This document shows positions 48,251 through 62,340 of a stretch of 64,000 nt of DNA, piece after piece; the stretch's first letter is position 1, and every line of letters starts with the position of its first letter. Both the position numbers and the translations under genes were made by a program. The stretch covers positions 3,715,812 through 3,779,811 of the forward strand of contig NC_092675.1 in assembly GCF_964355755.1 (NCBI RefSeq). The letters run 5' to 3'. The stretch comes from Antedon mediterranea (lineage: Eukaryota > Animalia > Echinodermata). The notes beneath the pieces are model-generated. The model searched no databases and had not been told where the DNA came from. It saw only the letters and a list, made by a program, of their open reading frames with translations.

Positions 48251-51200
48251 ATTGTAATACTAACTATATAATCAGAATAAATAAGTAAACGTGAAAATAA
48301 CAAAGTAAAAGTATTCATTATTTTAGGCCTATTAATTTTAACAAATTTGTTTTTGGTAATGCTGAGCTGTGTTTTATAGTTATTGTTTGGAATTCAAACT
48401 TAAAAGTGATTTTAAGCACGATCTATGTGTCATTTAAAGCTACGCGTTATAGCTTCAGGTCTATCATCAAGGTCTACCATGAATTACCGTAAGTGCAGCG
48501 TCTACCATACTTCTATAAAAACATTTTTGAAATATAATATAGCTTCTATAAAATGAAGGTTATGATAATTGTTAGTTTAACATTCTTTGGAGCTCGTTTG
48601 AAAGTGTCGCTCCGCAAAATACGCATGCGCAACCAGACAAAATTGGTAAGCTAATACGTTATCTGTACTTTGTAAATACTGCAAATGATGTAACGTGTGC
48701 AGTGAAAATCCGTGAGAACCTAAGTTTTTACAGGTTCTACTAGATGATTTGTTTAAATGTTCGCTTGTTGATCGATAATTTCCACAATTGTGTGTAAGTA
48801 ACAACATACATATGTGATGACGTCACATAAGTTTATCAAATCTCGAGTCTGTATCTTTAGGCTACTGGCCAAAATATTAAATAGCGCACCCCTGTCGCTC
48901 TCTATATTTTGTGAAGTATTTCGAATAGTTGTCAACCCCATCCCTCACACATGATTCTTTTCCTGCTTTTACAAAAATAAGAATCTGTTTTTGATTTATT
49001 TTCTAGGGTACAATAAATAGTTGATTATGAAAGTATGAATGAAAACAATTGATTCCTAATTTCCAGTGAGTTTTTACTATATTACAAATTACTGTACCAT
49101 ACCTCAGTTTATCGAACTATGGCAGAGATTATTACAAAATAGTACTGATATTAGTACAAATTCGATTTTCATTTTCACTTCTCGCGAATAGGTCAATATC
49201 ACAAAGATATAGTATCTTTGTGATAAAAGATTGATTACAAAAGCGTATATGGTTTAATTATGCTGAATTTACAATTCTCACTAATCCATTATCGTTCATA
49301 GTGGATAATCATACTTGCTTGCAAAAGGTCTACTTGAAAATAATTATAATAATACACAGTATTACATCATCTTCTCTATCATTGAAAGATATGAATAGGC
49401 CTACGCCTATCAAAGTTTGATCAAATTTGTTTGTTTTAAAAAGTTGTTTCCTGTTGACACAAATGATACTAAACAATAATTATATTTAACAAGTGGTTGC
49501 CAAAACACTATTTATCATTAGAAAAAGAAAATAAGAATTTCATGATTTATATTGAACGTTCTGGCAACGAATGATTTACAGAAATCCTAAATTGAAAACT
49601 CTAGGCCTATACAAACCCGAGAGCCGAGGTTCGCAACATTACAATTTGAAAACGTAGGGGACAACCATGACTCCTTGGTTATGTATTTATGATTTTAAAT
49701 GCCTAACACAATAATAGGTATACGACTACAAACATAAAAAATAAATGAAGATTAATAAAAACAGACTTTGAATAGGCCATTTGCAGATCAAGAAAAGCAG
49801 CCAGAAATGAAAGAGAGTGCCATACATTATCTTTCGTCAAACATTATTTTCAAGCAGAATGCTTTTTGTCAAACATTTAATTTTTTTAGTTGCAACAGAA
49901 AATCAGAAAGCAGAACATTGTGTGGGATTGTTTAGGGGGTGGGCGGGGGGGAGTTGTACACGGTGTTTTACATAAAATTAAATTTATTCTTTGATGCTAC
50001 ATACGAAGAGGTGCGTGTAAGGTATTGAAACCAAAACCACTGAAACCCTAGGAAAAAGTCACCTAAGCGTAACAAATACTACTTAAAAACAAAGAAATTA
50101 TTTTTATCCTGTTGAGTTGAGTTATGTTCTGTGTGGAGATGGAGGTTTAGACATATTAGTGACGATATCATCCCAGTAGCCCGGTAAGCAATTACATAGA
50201 GTCAATTGAATGTGGAAAGTATGTGGCATGTTTTCCCTAATGGACCAACAGAAACTAAACGTCAACTTTGTTCTAGTTGTAAAATATTCTTTGTGTTATA
50301 TTTCAACAACATTTTAAGGGTGAATAATCTAAAAAGTGCTGCTTCCCCTACTGTTTATAATATCCCACAGTCAGTACCGGTACCGATCGAGACACTTATC
50401 ATAATCATAGATATAAATAGGTTAGCTGTCATCTACATCCGATCATAAAGAGAAATGTAAGATCAAACCCAGGACATCTGAGCCCACAACAGGAAATTAA
50501 AAATATAGAATTGAATGTCATTACTCCTAATAGGTAGATCCGGTATAATTGAATTGGAAAATGTGGAAAAAAAAAGGATAAATCTGTGTAAACTTAAAAG
50601 TTATAACAATATCATTTGTTTAAGCGTCTTTATAAAGATAAGTGCGATTTGCAAGTAACCGATCATCTGTCGAACATTACTCTATCGAAAAAAAGGTGAA
50701 TTTTTTCAGCATAACTGAATATTATTATTATTATTATTTACAACTGAACAATTAAAATTTTAGATCAAGACTGGTCCCGACCGACTTGATGGTATAAAAA
50801 AAAAGTCATACACATACTTGTGTATTAACAGTCAAAACAAAGTAGAAGAATTAAGCCCAGGGCTACTGTCAAAAATGATGTAGGCATCACACTGTTCATT
50901 CATCATTCACTCAACATGAATAACACATTTGAATAATACAAAATTGCATAACGTTATTGTTCAATACGGTAGCTAACCTTATTCTAATATAGGCCTTATA
51001 CTGTATCCCATGCAATAATATGTTTTCGGTCAATTTCCGTTACTAATTTGATCGCAATTATCCCGCCGCATGAATTGATTTACGATAAAGATACGGTCTC
51101 TGATATATATACTACTTTAATAATTTAGACATGGCATTTACACACCTGTCAATTACCTTACAGGTGTTCAGGGAGATACAAGTTGATAAATATATCAAAT

Positions 51201-54130
51201 AGGATCACTCACAGTAATGTTTAATCGGATATCAAAGCGGAAATGTAACCACCTGTAGTAATTCCCAACCAAGACGCGACGCAATTCGCAATCACTGAGA
51301 TCTGGAGTTTCTGGATCTTTGGCGGGCATCTGGCATAGACGCCTGGCTAACGTGCTTCAGAAGAATTTTAGATAATTTTAAACATAAATAAACCAATCTC
51401 TGTCTCCTTGCACCAGGCTGGAGACAATGCTTGTTAAAATAGCTATTTTGGAACATGTTGTGTCAACACGGCGTCTGTGGTTGGTGACTTGTACCCCCTA
51501 CATACACAAAACCGTCATTGCGATATGTGCTTCAAATTTGTGAGGCTTATGTTAGGTCTGGGAATGGGCGTCTCATTGACAACACGTGCCAATTTCAGGT
51601 TCCAACCTATTAACTTTAATTTAATCTTTTTTTATTTTGTAAAATTATAGTACATAGAAACTACCCTCAGGATTATTTAGACCTCCCGTTGCATCCTTCC
51701 GATGCGTCCATGTGGAATTCTTCCCTGCATGAAAATTGAAACAATTCAGATATAATGATTAATAAGAGCCCAGAGCATGTTTTGATAATTTGTTTCCGAT
51801 GCGGAAAAAAAAACAACATACAAATTCTTTACACTGATTTGACCACTAAAATTAAGTTATGAACTCTCACAAAAGCTCACGCACTTTGATATTTCTACTC
51901 AAATTGGGCAAAATGTCACTTGAACTTGAATTTCTTTGGCGACCTACTTCGTGTTACACTGTCAAATTTAATTAGATTATCAAAATTAAATTGATTAAAA
52001 AAATAGAATTAGATTTGTGTATGAAACTATTCCAAGTATAGCAGCTAATAATACAAATTACCACGAGACTGTCTGGAACTATTTTAGCACAAAAGAGGAA
52101 TTTAGAAGCGACTTTTGGCTCCGGAAGACACAAAAGTCTGGTGCATTTATCCAAGGCTATTTTCTGTACTATATCTAAATGTCTCTAGTATGATAAGCCT
52201 GTAGACAGGGTGGTTCGTAGGATTCGAAAGAACCTACTTTTTCCTGAAGTGCCCTTTCCAAACGATTTTTGAACAATTCTCTGTCTTGCTAGCTAGCAGG
52301 TAAATAATTTGTAGGCCTATCTATACCACTATAGGACTTTAAATATATTTTCTTCAGTGTTGCTAACGCTTGCACTTGCTCCTATTTGTAGAAGAAAAAA
52401 GAACCACTATGCTATGTGTCTCATATGAACATTACGTTAACCCAACCTCACATGTATGTGATGTGTTATCACATGCGATGCTGTATTACCGAATATTCCT
52501 ACGATACTGGACAAATGTTTTCGTATGTGGAGTTTATATCACTGAGAACCGGGAACGTCATTCCCCATTTTTATTGACCTCACTAGATCATTGGTTATCA
52601 TCAAAGTCCATCGTAAATATTGATTCACCCAAAAAACCATATAGTATTATCAATTATTTGTTTGTTATTTGGCAAATTAACTTTGAAATGTACTCTCCAC
52701 TCGAAAAGTTCGCTGAAAATGTATTTACCTAACAACTTTATTGATTAACGATGGTATAATGACAACGTTTTGCAAAGAATAGATAATGATAATAAGGAAT
52801 GTTTTTATAATTTCAGGCTCTTCAGGCAATCTGCTTTTTGATTGACGTTTCCACTTGTCTTTAAATTTCTAAATACAGGTGGTGATATTTGCATAGTATT
52901 CACTGTTCAACCATCTGTATTTACAGTTGCTACAATCGTAAGTGATGTCTGGCGAAAACGAATGATTTAATAGACATGTAAGTATGAATCCTATATGTTT
53001 CATTTGACTCATCACCAGACACATTATAACTCTTGTTATAAGAAATATAATGAATGTAGTTAGCAAATAGTCCTTTATCAACTAATTATTAAAAAGTCTA
53101 ATCTCTGCCTACACTATCAAACTTTATGTGATGTGCCCATTTATGACACGATGATGTCATATCACTACCATATTATTTGGGCACGCTATACAAACTAGTC
53201 TATGTTAATATTTGGTTTGTTTTACTTGAGTTTGATTTAATAGAAATAAGTTGTAGAAGTTATGACCATATAATGAACATGAAACATTATAAATGTGTTT
53301 CTGCATTCCGAGTCCATATTTATGATAAAACTGTTGAGCATAGATTGTGGTATGTTGCGACTAATTAGAATAATATCGCACTGTAATTCGGCTCCGAAGT
53401 GTAGCCAAATTAATGAACATCATTTATCTAAATAATATTGTCTATGCCAATTAAAATTGTAATTTAGGCCAATGCTATCGAGTTATTTAATCTCACGCGT
53501 GTCGTCAACTAAATTTGAATAGTGAATAAAAAAATGTTTGATATTACCATAGTGATATGTTACTATGACGATAACGTTTTTCACAACATGGAATGTTATC
53601 AACAATTAGTATCTGTGGTTTTTGCTAAGAATATCTTACATAAACAGAAAGTTCTTTGTAAAATACTCCACAAAATATTTTATGTAAAGTTAACCAGACG
53701 ATAAAATAGTTTCACACACTGCTGTAGGCTGCTCGTGCCGCCAACAACCGATATCCTGTATGAAAACCGGGCTAACTTTAGATTTTCCAAGAAACTCAAA
53801 TATCAAATTCACTAATCGATATTTTTATATTGTTTACTCTGTCTACAATTTAATGTGTCATCCATAATATAGTTTACAGTACGTTCCGGTCAAGGCTTTT
53901 TGTGAACTTTTATGTCAACTTATTGGAATTCAAAAAATTGAAAATCAACCTGAAGGAGATATCGAATGTGTGCTATATACCCAACGTGATAAACCCTTAA
54001 GCATTTATGAATTGATTGTAATTCATTGAATTCTTTTGGCTTTTGGGACGGCTTAGAATGACAACAGAAACATTATCTTTACACTAATGTTTGTTTTACT
54101 TATGGATATTGATATGTTGACTCTCTTATG

Positions 54131-54283
54131 ATTGGATGAATTACGTCATTTTTTTTTATAGAGGGCTCTCTCTTTGCATACGCCTTTTTATAGTGTTATA
54201 TATAAAATCATTTGCACTGTAGTATTAAAGCTCATTGACTCTTAAACGAGAAGACGTTAGCAACGGCACAGATTTGATTTACG
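54131..54283 (+). promoter_or_regulatory. Putative SC5D promoter and non-coding first exon
   Basis: Inverted CCAAT (ATTGG, 54131), CRE-like TTACGTCA (54141), TATATATAAA (about 54197) and donor ACG|GTAGGT at 54283. The matching acceptor CACAG ends at 55915, just before the ATG. Confidence 0.4.
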
Positions 54284-54336
54284 GTAGGTGGAACTAATTT
54301 CTTAATTTTTTAAATAGTAATAATGATTAGAAGAAT

Positions 54337-54996
54337 AACTAGAAAGCCACTCCGAGAGTGCATACCTCCGCCTACTGTAAAATTCTCCTACATAAGATTT
54401 TTCCGGGGAAAAAAATGTATATATATTTGTGTGTGTCTTAATGCTGTTTGTGATTTAGGCTAATTTCACTACAAGCAGGTGTATGCGAGTTTTATTTGTT
54501 GTAATGGTGTAATGTAAGCCTTTCAATTAACAATAGCTTCAGTTGAATAACAATAGAACAGCAACGCGAAAATCAAACGAGTGAATTTGAAAAGAAATAT
54601 ATTTTTTTAAACTACTCGCATAAAAAAACGTGTACATTAAATCAAACTATGTTTTAAAATTACAAATCAGAAATTATAACTCTTGCCTCTTGTACAAAAA
54701 TCAAGTTTTTTTGACAAGTAGTTCTTGAGAAAATGCAATTACAGTTTACTTGTTACTTTAAGATTGCTCGCCTGTTTTTGAAAAATTCTGTCCTATCTTT
54801 TAACACTAGCAGGTGGTCTGAAAAGTATACTAAAAAGTGGTCCAGAATTGAGACCGTGGTCCGAAATGGTCCCAAAATTAAATGGGATTGTCCTTGAACA
54901 CATCTATCTGTACATTCATTTTGGTAAAGATCTTGTAATTACTCTTTGAGTAATCCTGCTAACAAGCAAACAGACAAACAAACACACGCGAGGTAA
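54337..54996 (+). mobile_element. Helentron-associated (HINE-like) non-autonomous element
   Basis: Begins AACTAGAAAG..ATACCTCCGCC, has an ACAG/ACAA microsatellite near the end and finishes CGAGGTAA. A similar 3' end is at about 46185-46360. Confidence 0.5.
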
Positions 54997-55920
54997 ATTA
55001 GTTTACGAGTATAATTGTCAAACGCGGTTACTTTAAACCGTATTTATAACTTCATCCTTGTAAGTTATGTACTTTTTCCGAATAAATAATATTATGCTTA
55101 TTAATATATTATGTTTTCAATCTGTTAGATTCATTTATCGTTGTAAATTCTCAATTCCATTTCCCTTCAAGTTTGTAAAAAAACAGTGGGACAGTAACTT
55201 CCCTACGGTATATAATATTAAAACTCTCGTTGGATACAGTACATACATATATTGTGCCTTATTTGGTAAAGCCTTAGCTGTATAGGATGTTATTGAATAT
55301 AATGATAACAACATGTATAATTCTACTACAAAGGGAAAAACTAACGGAATGATAAAAGAGTGTGCACACTGGTGCGTGCCGACATTTTTCTGTATTGTCG
55401 GTATGATCAGAATGTACCGCATAATATTCGTGAAGAAAGAGACTCATTTTTTATTTCATACGCATCCAACAATGAGCAAAAACTCGCCAATTACAGGATA
55501 GATAAACTATTTTATAATTTAACGTAAACTAAGTCTCATTTGTGAGGCTTAGGGAGTGGAGTTGAAAGAGTCGTGAGTTACAATTCCTGGCACTATAGGT
55601 TTGGATTGAACCCTGAACCTTGGGATTGGAAGGCAAGCACGTTAACCACCAAGCTACGCTCCACTATTATAATAATATCATTTAAAGCTTACTTCATGGG
55701 GAGATATTAATCTACCTTTGAAAATATGCAATTATTGATGTAGAGGAACTGGACCTTGGGATTGGAAGGCAAGCACCTTAACCATCAAGCTACAGCTCAG
55801 CTACAACTTTGCAATTCTTTACAAACAATTTAGTTTTTTTCATTCTATTTAATGTAAATTAAAATAATTTTATGTTATAGACAAACCTTTATTATTTTGT
55901 TCTTTCTCACCACAGTTAAG

Positions 55921-58057
55921 ATGGATTCTGCCTTGTTTTACGCCAACACATACTTCTTTACACCGTACATCTACCCTACATTTGTTAGTGAGGATAACAT
56001 AAAACGACAGATTACCAGCCTGTATCTGATTGCATGTTCGTCCACTCTCTTTCTTTATGTCATAGTAGCTGCCATCAACTATTATTTTTTTTTCGATCAT
56101 CAGGTAATGCAGCACCCGCTGTTCGGCAAGGTTCGTAAAACATCTTGATTATTAAAAAAGGTTTCGAATGCCGATAATGTTCACGATTTACATCTGTATC
56201 GTGTCAACACTGACTTTTAATGAGCGAAATTGAATACATCAGTTTATTTGTAACAAAATACATGATGTATAATTATCCATTAAGTGGAGCATACTTCAAT
56301 CTTTTTATTTGTTTAAATACTTTCACGTGTGAGGATCAATTTCATCAATTTAAAAACATTTATTTGATATGGCATTTCACTTAAGTACATTAATAAATCA
56401 CAAATTATTTATGTTTATTGATAAAAGATTCAAAACCATCCCCAAATCATGTGTTTTGAAATCCTTATCACACAAATTGTGTTCTCTGAATCGGGCACTT
56501 TGCCCTAATTGTTTTGTTTACAATGTCGCAATATAATCCACCTTCCACAGAATGGAAATGTTCACATATGTGTACTTTAGGCCTACCACTATTCTACAAA
56601 CTTCCTAGTATTTTTAAGTAGTGAAATTCTGTTACTTAGTTACATAATTAATAGCAATTTGTCCTTTATACTGCAGAATCAATTACTTAGAGAGATTAAG
56701 CATTCATGCTCCGCCATCGCCGTCCTATCCTTCTTGTCGATACCATTTATATATGTCCTGGCAAATGGACAGACCAACCTTCGAGAAAACTACGATACAG
56801 CATTGTTAGGTAAGAATATTTATAGACGATGAACAATATTAAAGTATAACATACTTTAAAAAAATAAGGAAAATGGTTTATTTAAATAGAAAAAAAATAT
56901 TTTCCGAAAAATAGCCGTGTAATTTTTTTTGAATGAGATTGAACTTTGCGTCAAAAACTTGTATTCGATCGATCTTCCTAAAGGGTTTTGATGGAAGTTT
57001 GTTTTATGAGTGTTTTAAGCTAAAAAGATATTACCTCTTCTCTTTGTATGATTTAAAAACAAATACAAGATCGGAGACCCATGTATAATCATGTTTCTAG
57101 TCTAGTCTAGATTCCTTTCTCGTGGTAAAAAAAAGCTTGCTGGTTATGTGGTTTTGTGTTTCTGATTTTCTAAACTTTCTAAAATTCCATTTCAACTTCT
57201 CAATATTTGTTCCTCCCAAAACCCACCTCGCTCTTCCGCAACATAACTTTTTGACACAATATATTCATTTTCTTCTTACAGGATGGTTTAGCACTATTCC
57301 AGAAATAACAGTATGCCTATTATTTGTGGACATATTCAGCTATGGAGCGCACCGACTGGCGCACCATAAGTATGTCTATAAACACATTCACAAACAGCAC
57401 CATTCTTATAAGGTTACAACGCCATTTGCAAGCCATGCCTTCCACCCGATTGACGGACTAATGCAGGTTCTACCCTACTACCTTTGTGGTATATTCGTTC
57501 CAATTCAAAAACACGTATTCCTAGGAGTAATGGTTTTCGGCAACGTTTGGGCGGTTTTCATACATGATGGAGAGATACAGTTACCATCATGGACGGAGAA
57601 GTATATAAACGGAGCGCGGCATCATGCGGATCATCACCTAACGTTTAAGTACAATTACGGCCAGTTTTTAACTTTTTGGGATCGAAAGTTTGGCTCATTT
57701 AAGGAACCTTCACCTCATTCAACCGACAACACTGATGAGCAACAAGAAACAAAAGGAATGACGAACGACAGAAACGTCACCATAAAAAGTAGAAGAAAAG
57801 TACACTCTCTTGATATGCATGATCAATTATGTGATTGGTCAAACATTGGAAAAGATGGACCAATTGATGATCAACTATGTGATGACGTGTTCATTGAAAA
57901 TGATAAAACAATCAAGTCAAGTATGAACAATTTTACAAAAGAGCTGTATATTCACTTTTTGGAAAATCAGCGTAATTTGTCTTGCTGTGGCCCTCAATAC
58001 TACTGTCAGACTTTGTCGTTAATACAGCAACGCCAGCGTGCACACAGCACTAGATAA
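55921..58057 (+). CDS. SC5D: Sterol C5-desaturase (lathosterol oxidase), about 372 aa, 3 coding exons
   Basis: Exons 55921-56130, 56677-56809 and 57282-58057 (GT-AG, phases 0 and 1). His boxes HRLAH, HKQHH and HADHH; motifs TPFASHAFHPIDG, IHDG and YNYGQFLTFWDR. Confidence 0.92.
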
Positions 58058-59013
58058 TATAGTTTGGCCAACTTTGAATCTCCGGCAACGTGCATTATAA
58101 CCAAATAATTATAACCGTCCTTGATATAACCTGATTATAGCCTTGAACTTCCAATAATTAGATACAGTTATTAATTGTTGTCATGATTTAAATTTAATAA
58201 AGCACATCTTTTACCAAAGATTTACAAACATGATACAGGTGTCAACCGACGGGGTTCTTAAGCTAATAATAGACAGACGATATGCCTTATACAAATTGTT
58301 GTTTAAGCATGCTTTCTACTTATATTTCCAACAAAGTAAGTTAACATGCACGACCACAAAGCTCGATGAAGTTTTGTTTGGTGGTGGGAAGTGCAATTAC
58401 GTTAGGCCCGGAATGTTTGTCGGTTTACGGTATACACTTTTGAGGTGTGCGTGTCCAAGCGCTTCGGCGCCGTCCGTACGCAGCGTCATACGCATAAGTG
58501 GTATAATGAGGCGGTTGTTAAAATTATGTTTTATAGATTATATCAAAGAATATTTTATTATCTTTGATTATATTTACAGTACTGTATAGGCCTATAGAGT
58601 ATACTATGTGAAAATGTTATTTTATAACCATGGCATTTAAAGAGGCAACTATAGCAAATGTCTGTACGCCGCCATTATAAGCGGTAGTGTGACTAGTAGG
58701 TCTACATTATACTTGCATTGAATTGATAAGGCATTTTAATTAATTAATTTATTAAATTTAGATAAATTTTATTCTTTATTTTTAATTGTAAATAGATAAT
58801 AATTATACAGAATATATGAATATATTAAATTTAAAATAAACGTTGATGTTGGTTGTCTTTCTGTAGAAGCAGAAGCCTAATTGTTATACAACATCATGAC
58901 ATAGCATATGGCAGAGTCCTAACCCAACAAAGTATTTACATAGCCAAATACGTGAACGTGATTGGTTGAAATCACGTGATCAAAAATGTTATAACGGACT
59001 GTTATAACATTTT

Positions 59014-59157
59014 GAATAATCTGACACAATGATTTGACAATGGATCCTGCCATTGGATTTTTTATGACCCGATGCTGTCATGATGCATGATGATGTACCA
59101 ATTATAACCGATCAGTTATAATTGGTACATTGTCAAATCAGTGTCAGATTATTCGAA
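59014..59157. repeat. Small foldback element
   Basis: GAATAATCTGACAC..GATTTGACAATG mirrored by CATTGTCAAATCAGTGTCAGATTATTC, with an inner palindrome ATGTACCAATTATAAC..GTTATAATTGGTACAT. Confidence 0.65.
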
Positions 59158-59187
59158 ACATAGACCATTATTATTAATGATAACATT

Positions 59188-60110
59188 TTATATAACACCT
59201 AAATAAATTCCTGTCATTTGATTGGACGATTGTGGGTCACATGGCGTGCAATAGTACGCACTATTAAACGATCGTTTAATAGTACTTTTTGAAACATTTT
59301 TGTGTACGAAAAAAAAAACGTCTCGTGGATGAAAAAAAATCTAGTACACAAATTATCCTATATGATATGGCTATGTACTGTGAAATACAACAGTGCCACC
59401 TGTCGTCTGGTCTCAGTTTCATTTGTAAACACCACCGCGAGATATGAAACAGCAGCAGATATTTGTGTACGATTTGGACATTATGTACTAATTTCATTCA
59501 AAAAGGCATTTAAATTAGCTTTAGATCGTTTTTAGGATTTTGATTAATTAATGGGGACATCCCTACAAGACGTGGAATTGTTGGAAAAACCATAATTAGC
59601 TTAGATAAGTTCCAATTGTCTGTCGAAGTTTTGCCTTTCAGCCAAGCTAGTACTAGGCTACTAGACCTAGCCTAGGCCATGCTAGTATTTAGGCTAGGCC
59701 TAGCCTAGGCGTTTTAGCCTTGCTAGGCCTAGGATTGTTTGGTCGTTTGTTGACATAATTAACACAAAAGTAGGTGTGTTTACGAAATCCATATAAATAT
59801 AACATTTAATATAACATTATTAAAAACCAAATGTTACTGTTTTTAATCAATGTGTGTGAATGAAATGTAGTAAGCTTTGGCTAGGGTAGGGCTACCTTTT
59901 ATTTGATTCAAATAACTAGAATTTATTTAGATGTTATATAAAACAAATAATGAATGTTTTGTATTCGTGTAATGGTACAAATAATGGCATTTGGTGAATG
60001 ATGAAAGGTTATATCAACTCGGCTTTGCCTCGTTGATATAACCTTTCATCATTCACCTCGTGCCATTATTTGTACCATTACACTCATAAACATTCATTAT
60101 TTGTATAATA
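59188..60110 (+). mobile_element. Non-autonomous element with inverted repeats and a long terminal hairpin (class uncertain, Crypton-like)
   Basis: Inverted repeat TATATAACACCTAAATAAATTC / GAATTTATTTAGATGTTATATA (about 59189 and 59918-59939), followed by a roughly 165-bp palindrome at 59943-60105 centred on CTCGGCTTTGCCTCG. Confidence 0.6.
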
Positions 60111-61119
60111 TTGTCATTCAATACAACATGTTAGTTTAAAATGGTTGCAACTACTATTTTGGTACTGTGAACTTTGACCTCATATTCTAATATACCTCGG
60201 TATTTAATAAGTCTAGAGCGTTTTGGGAAAATATAATCCATTATTAAATGATAATCTATTTCAATCATAGCATGATATTTATTTGCTAATCAATAACCGT
60301 GAACATGGGCATAAATTGATTTGTTCTACAGATACATATCAGTCAGCAAACTATTTATAGTTCCCCAGCACGTCACGCATCGGGATAAGATCATTGTGGA
60401 GATCTATTGTTGAAATTCACTAAATTTTGAAAATTCTTGATAACGAGAATGAATTGTGTCGACCAACGATAATTCTAATGCTTGCATGCAGTGGCGGATC
60501 TAGGATACACATTCACAGCGTTCCGCAAACTTTTTTGACCGCGACCCCATGATCCTATTTTGGGAATTTTCGCGACCCAACATTGCGTATTTATCTTACA
60601 GAACCTATGCCATATGTAGTGTATGGAGTCGAGTTTGCTTAAAAAATGTATAACATTTACAAGGTTTTAAATATCTAATTTAATATCAAAACAATCAATT
60701 TGTTTAAAGGTTTTTGTTAAGATAACGCAACAATCATAAAGTTACTGCGAAGATGATTTTAAACAACAACATGTAAAAACAATGCATTACTAGAGAATCG
60801 CTGTACAAAATAAACGCGCACGCGTAGAGTGTGCATGGAGAGCGCACAGCCAGGGCCGTTAAATTTAAATGGATTAAAGTTATAAAGCCCTAATTACGGC
60901 GTTATAACGCCGTATTATTATAAAATAATTTTTTTTTCTTTGGCGGAAATCAGCCACCGTGTAGCAATGACCACTATATAGACCGGCAGCCAAGCGCATT
61001 TCGATCAAGCGACAAGGTACCAATATCCGAGTACAGGAATATTTATTACGTAACACAATATATCAATATATGGACGTCTGCCGGAGTCCCCCTGCTGGGT
61101 GTGGCCCCTGGAGCACCAA

Positions 61120-62050
61120 ATAAGGGTCAGAAAAATGGGCTAGATCATGTTTTGGAGATACCACATAAAAGCAACTTAGAATTAACAAACATACTCTACT
61201 AACTATAAAAAGTGCATTGCCAGATAACTTATCCGCCGTATATGTCCCGCCAGACACCCCCGAAAGTTTCCCCCTGTGTTACACTGTAATATAATTGGGC
61301 AAAAATAAATATGTAAAGTATCACATAAAACTAAGTTTAAATGACTAGGTACATTTAACAGAGTACAGAATGACCCCTGCCAGACAAATTATCCACTGTA
61401 TTAGTCCCGCCACACACGCCCTTAGGGGTCACTAAATTTGGGCTAGATCATGTTTTGGAGATACCAAATAAAATCAACTTAGAATTAACAAACATATACT
61501 CTACTAAGTATAAAAAGTACATTGCCAGACAAATTATCCGCAGTAATGTCCTTCCAGACACCCCCGAAAGTTTCCCCCTGTTAACACCGTGATATAATTG
61601 GGCCAAAATAAATATGGAAAGTACCACATGAAACCAAGTTTAGATGACTAGATACATTTAACAGAGTACAGAATGACCGCTGCCAGACAAATTATCAACT
61701 GTATTAGCCCCGCCAGACACACCCAAAGGGGTCCTAAATTTGGGCTAGATCAGGTAACGGAGATACCTACAAACAAACACACTCTATTCTAAACACACTA
61801 GTATTTAGCCAAATTATTTGCATGATCTGCACGAGGCCTTCATAACACCCCCCTCCCTACATCCATAACAAAGGGGTCCCCAGATTTGGGCTAGATCAAA
61901 CATTGGATACAACATAAAATCATCTTAAAATTAACAAACAAAGTATAAAAAGTATTTTGCCCGACACACCCACTGTATGACCTGTCATAGGCCTATACAG
62001 TATTTACAAAATGTTTTCCCCGTGAACATTGTGATAAATTGGCCTAAAAT
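61120..62050 (+). repeat. About 300-bp tandem units, probably subterminal repeats of a large TE
   Basis: GGGCTAGATCA at 61137, 61440, 61742 and 61888. An inverted copy of the unit starts at about 63895 and runs off the window. Confidence 0.75.
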
Positions 62051-62340
62051 ACAGTACATGAACCATGTTTAAAATGAAATGATTACGGTAGGTACCTACA
62101 TTCACAAAGCAAGCAATAACGCAATGACCCTGTCAAATGTTAATATTATGCGTAAAGGCCGGCCAGCGGCAAATCGTAGGATAATTATACATAATAAATC
62201 AAAATACATTCATTCAAGATTGGACTGGATTAAAAGTTTCTTTCATTATAAATAAAAGTAAATTATTTTGGAAATGGAGGGCCATAGATTTTACATGAGT
62301 GAGTAAAGTCGCTATTAAAATGTCTTCATGATTATTGATA

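Noticed and set aside
43182-54100. Short ORFs between ubiquilin and SC5D
   Set aside because: No splice-consistent model or known motif; only MITE and HINE fragments were seen.
57122-57281. N-terminal 53 aa of the 311-aa ORF
   Set aside because: Intronic; the polypyrimidine tract and AG end at 57281 and the phase fits the upstream exon.
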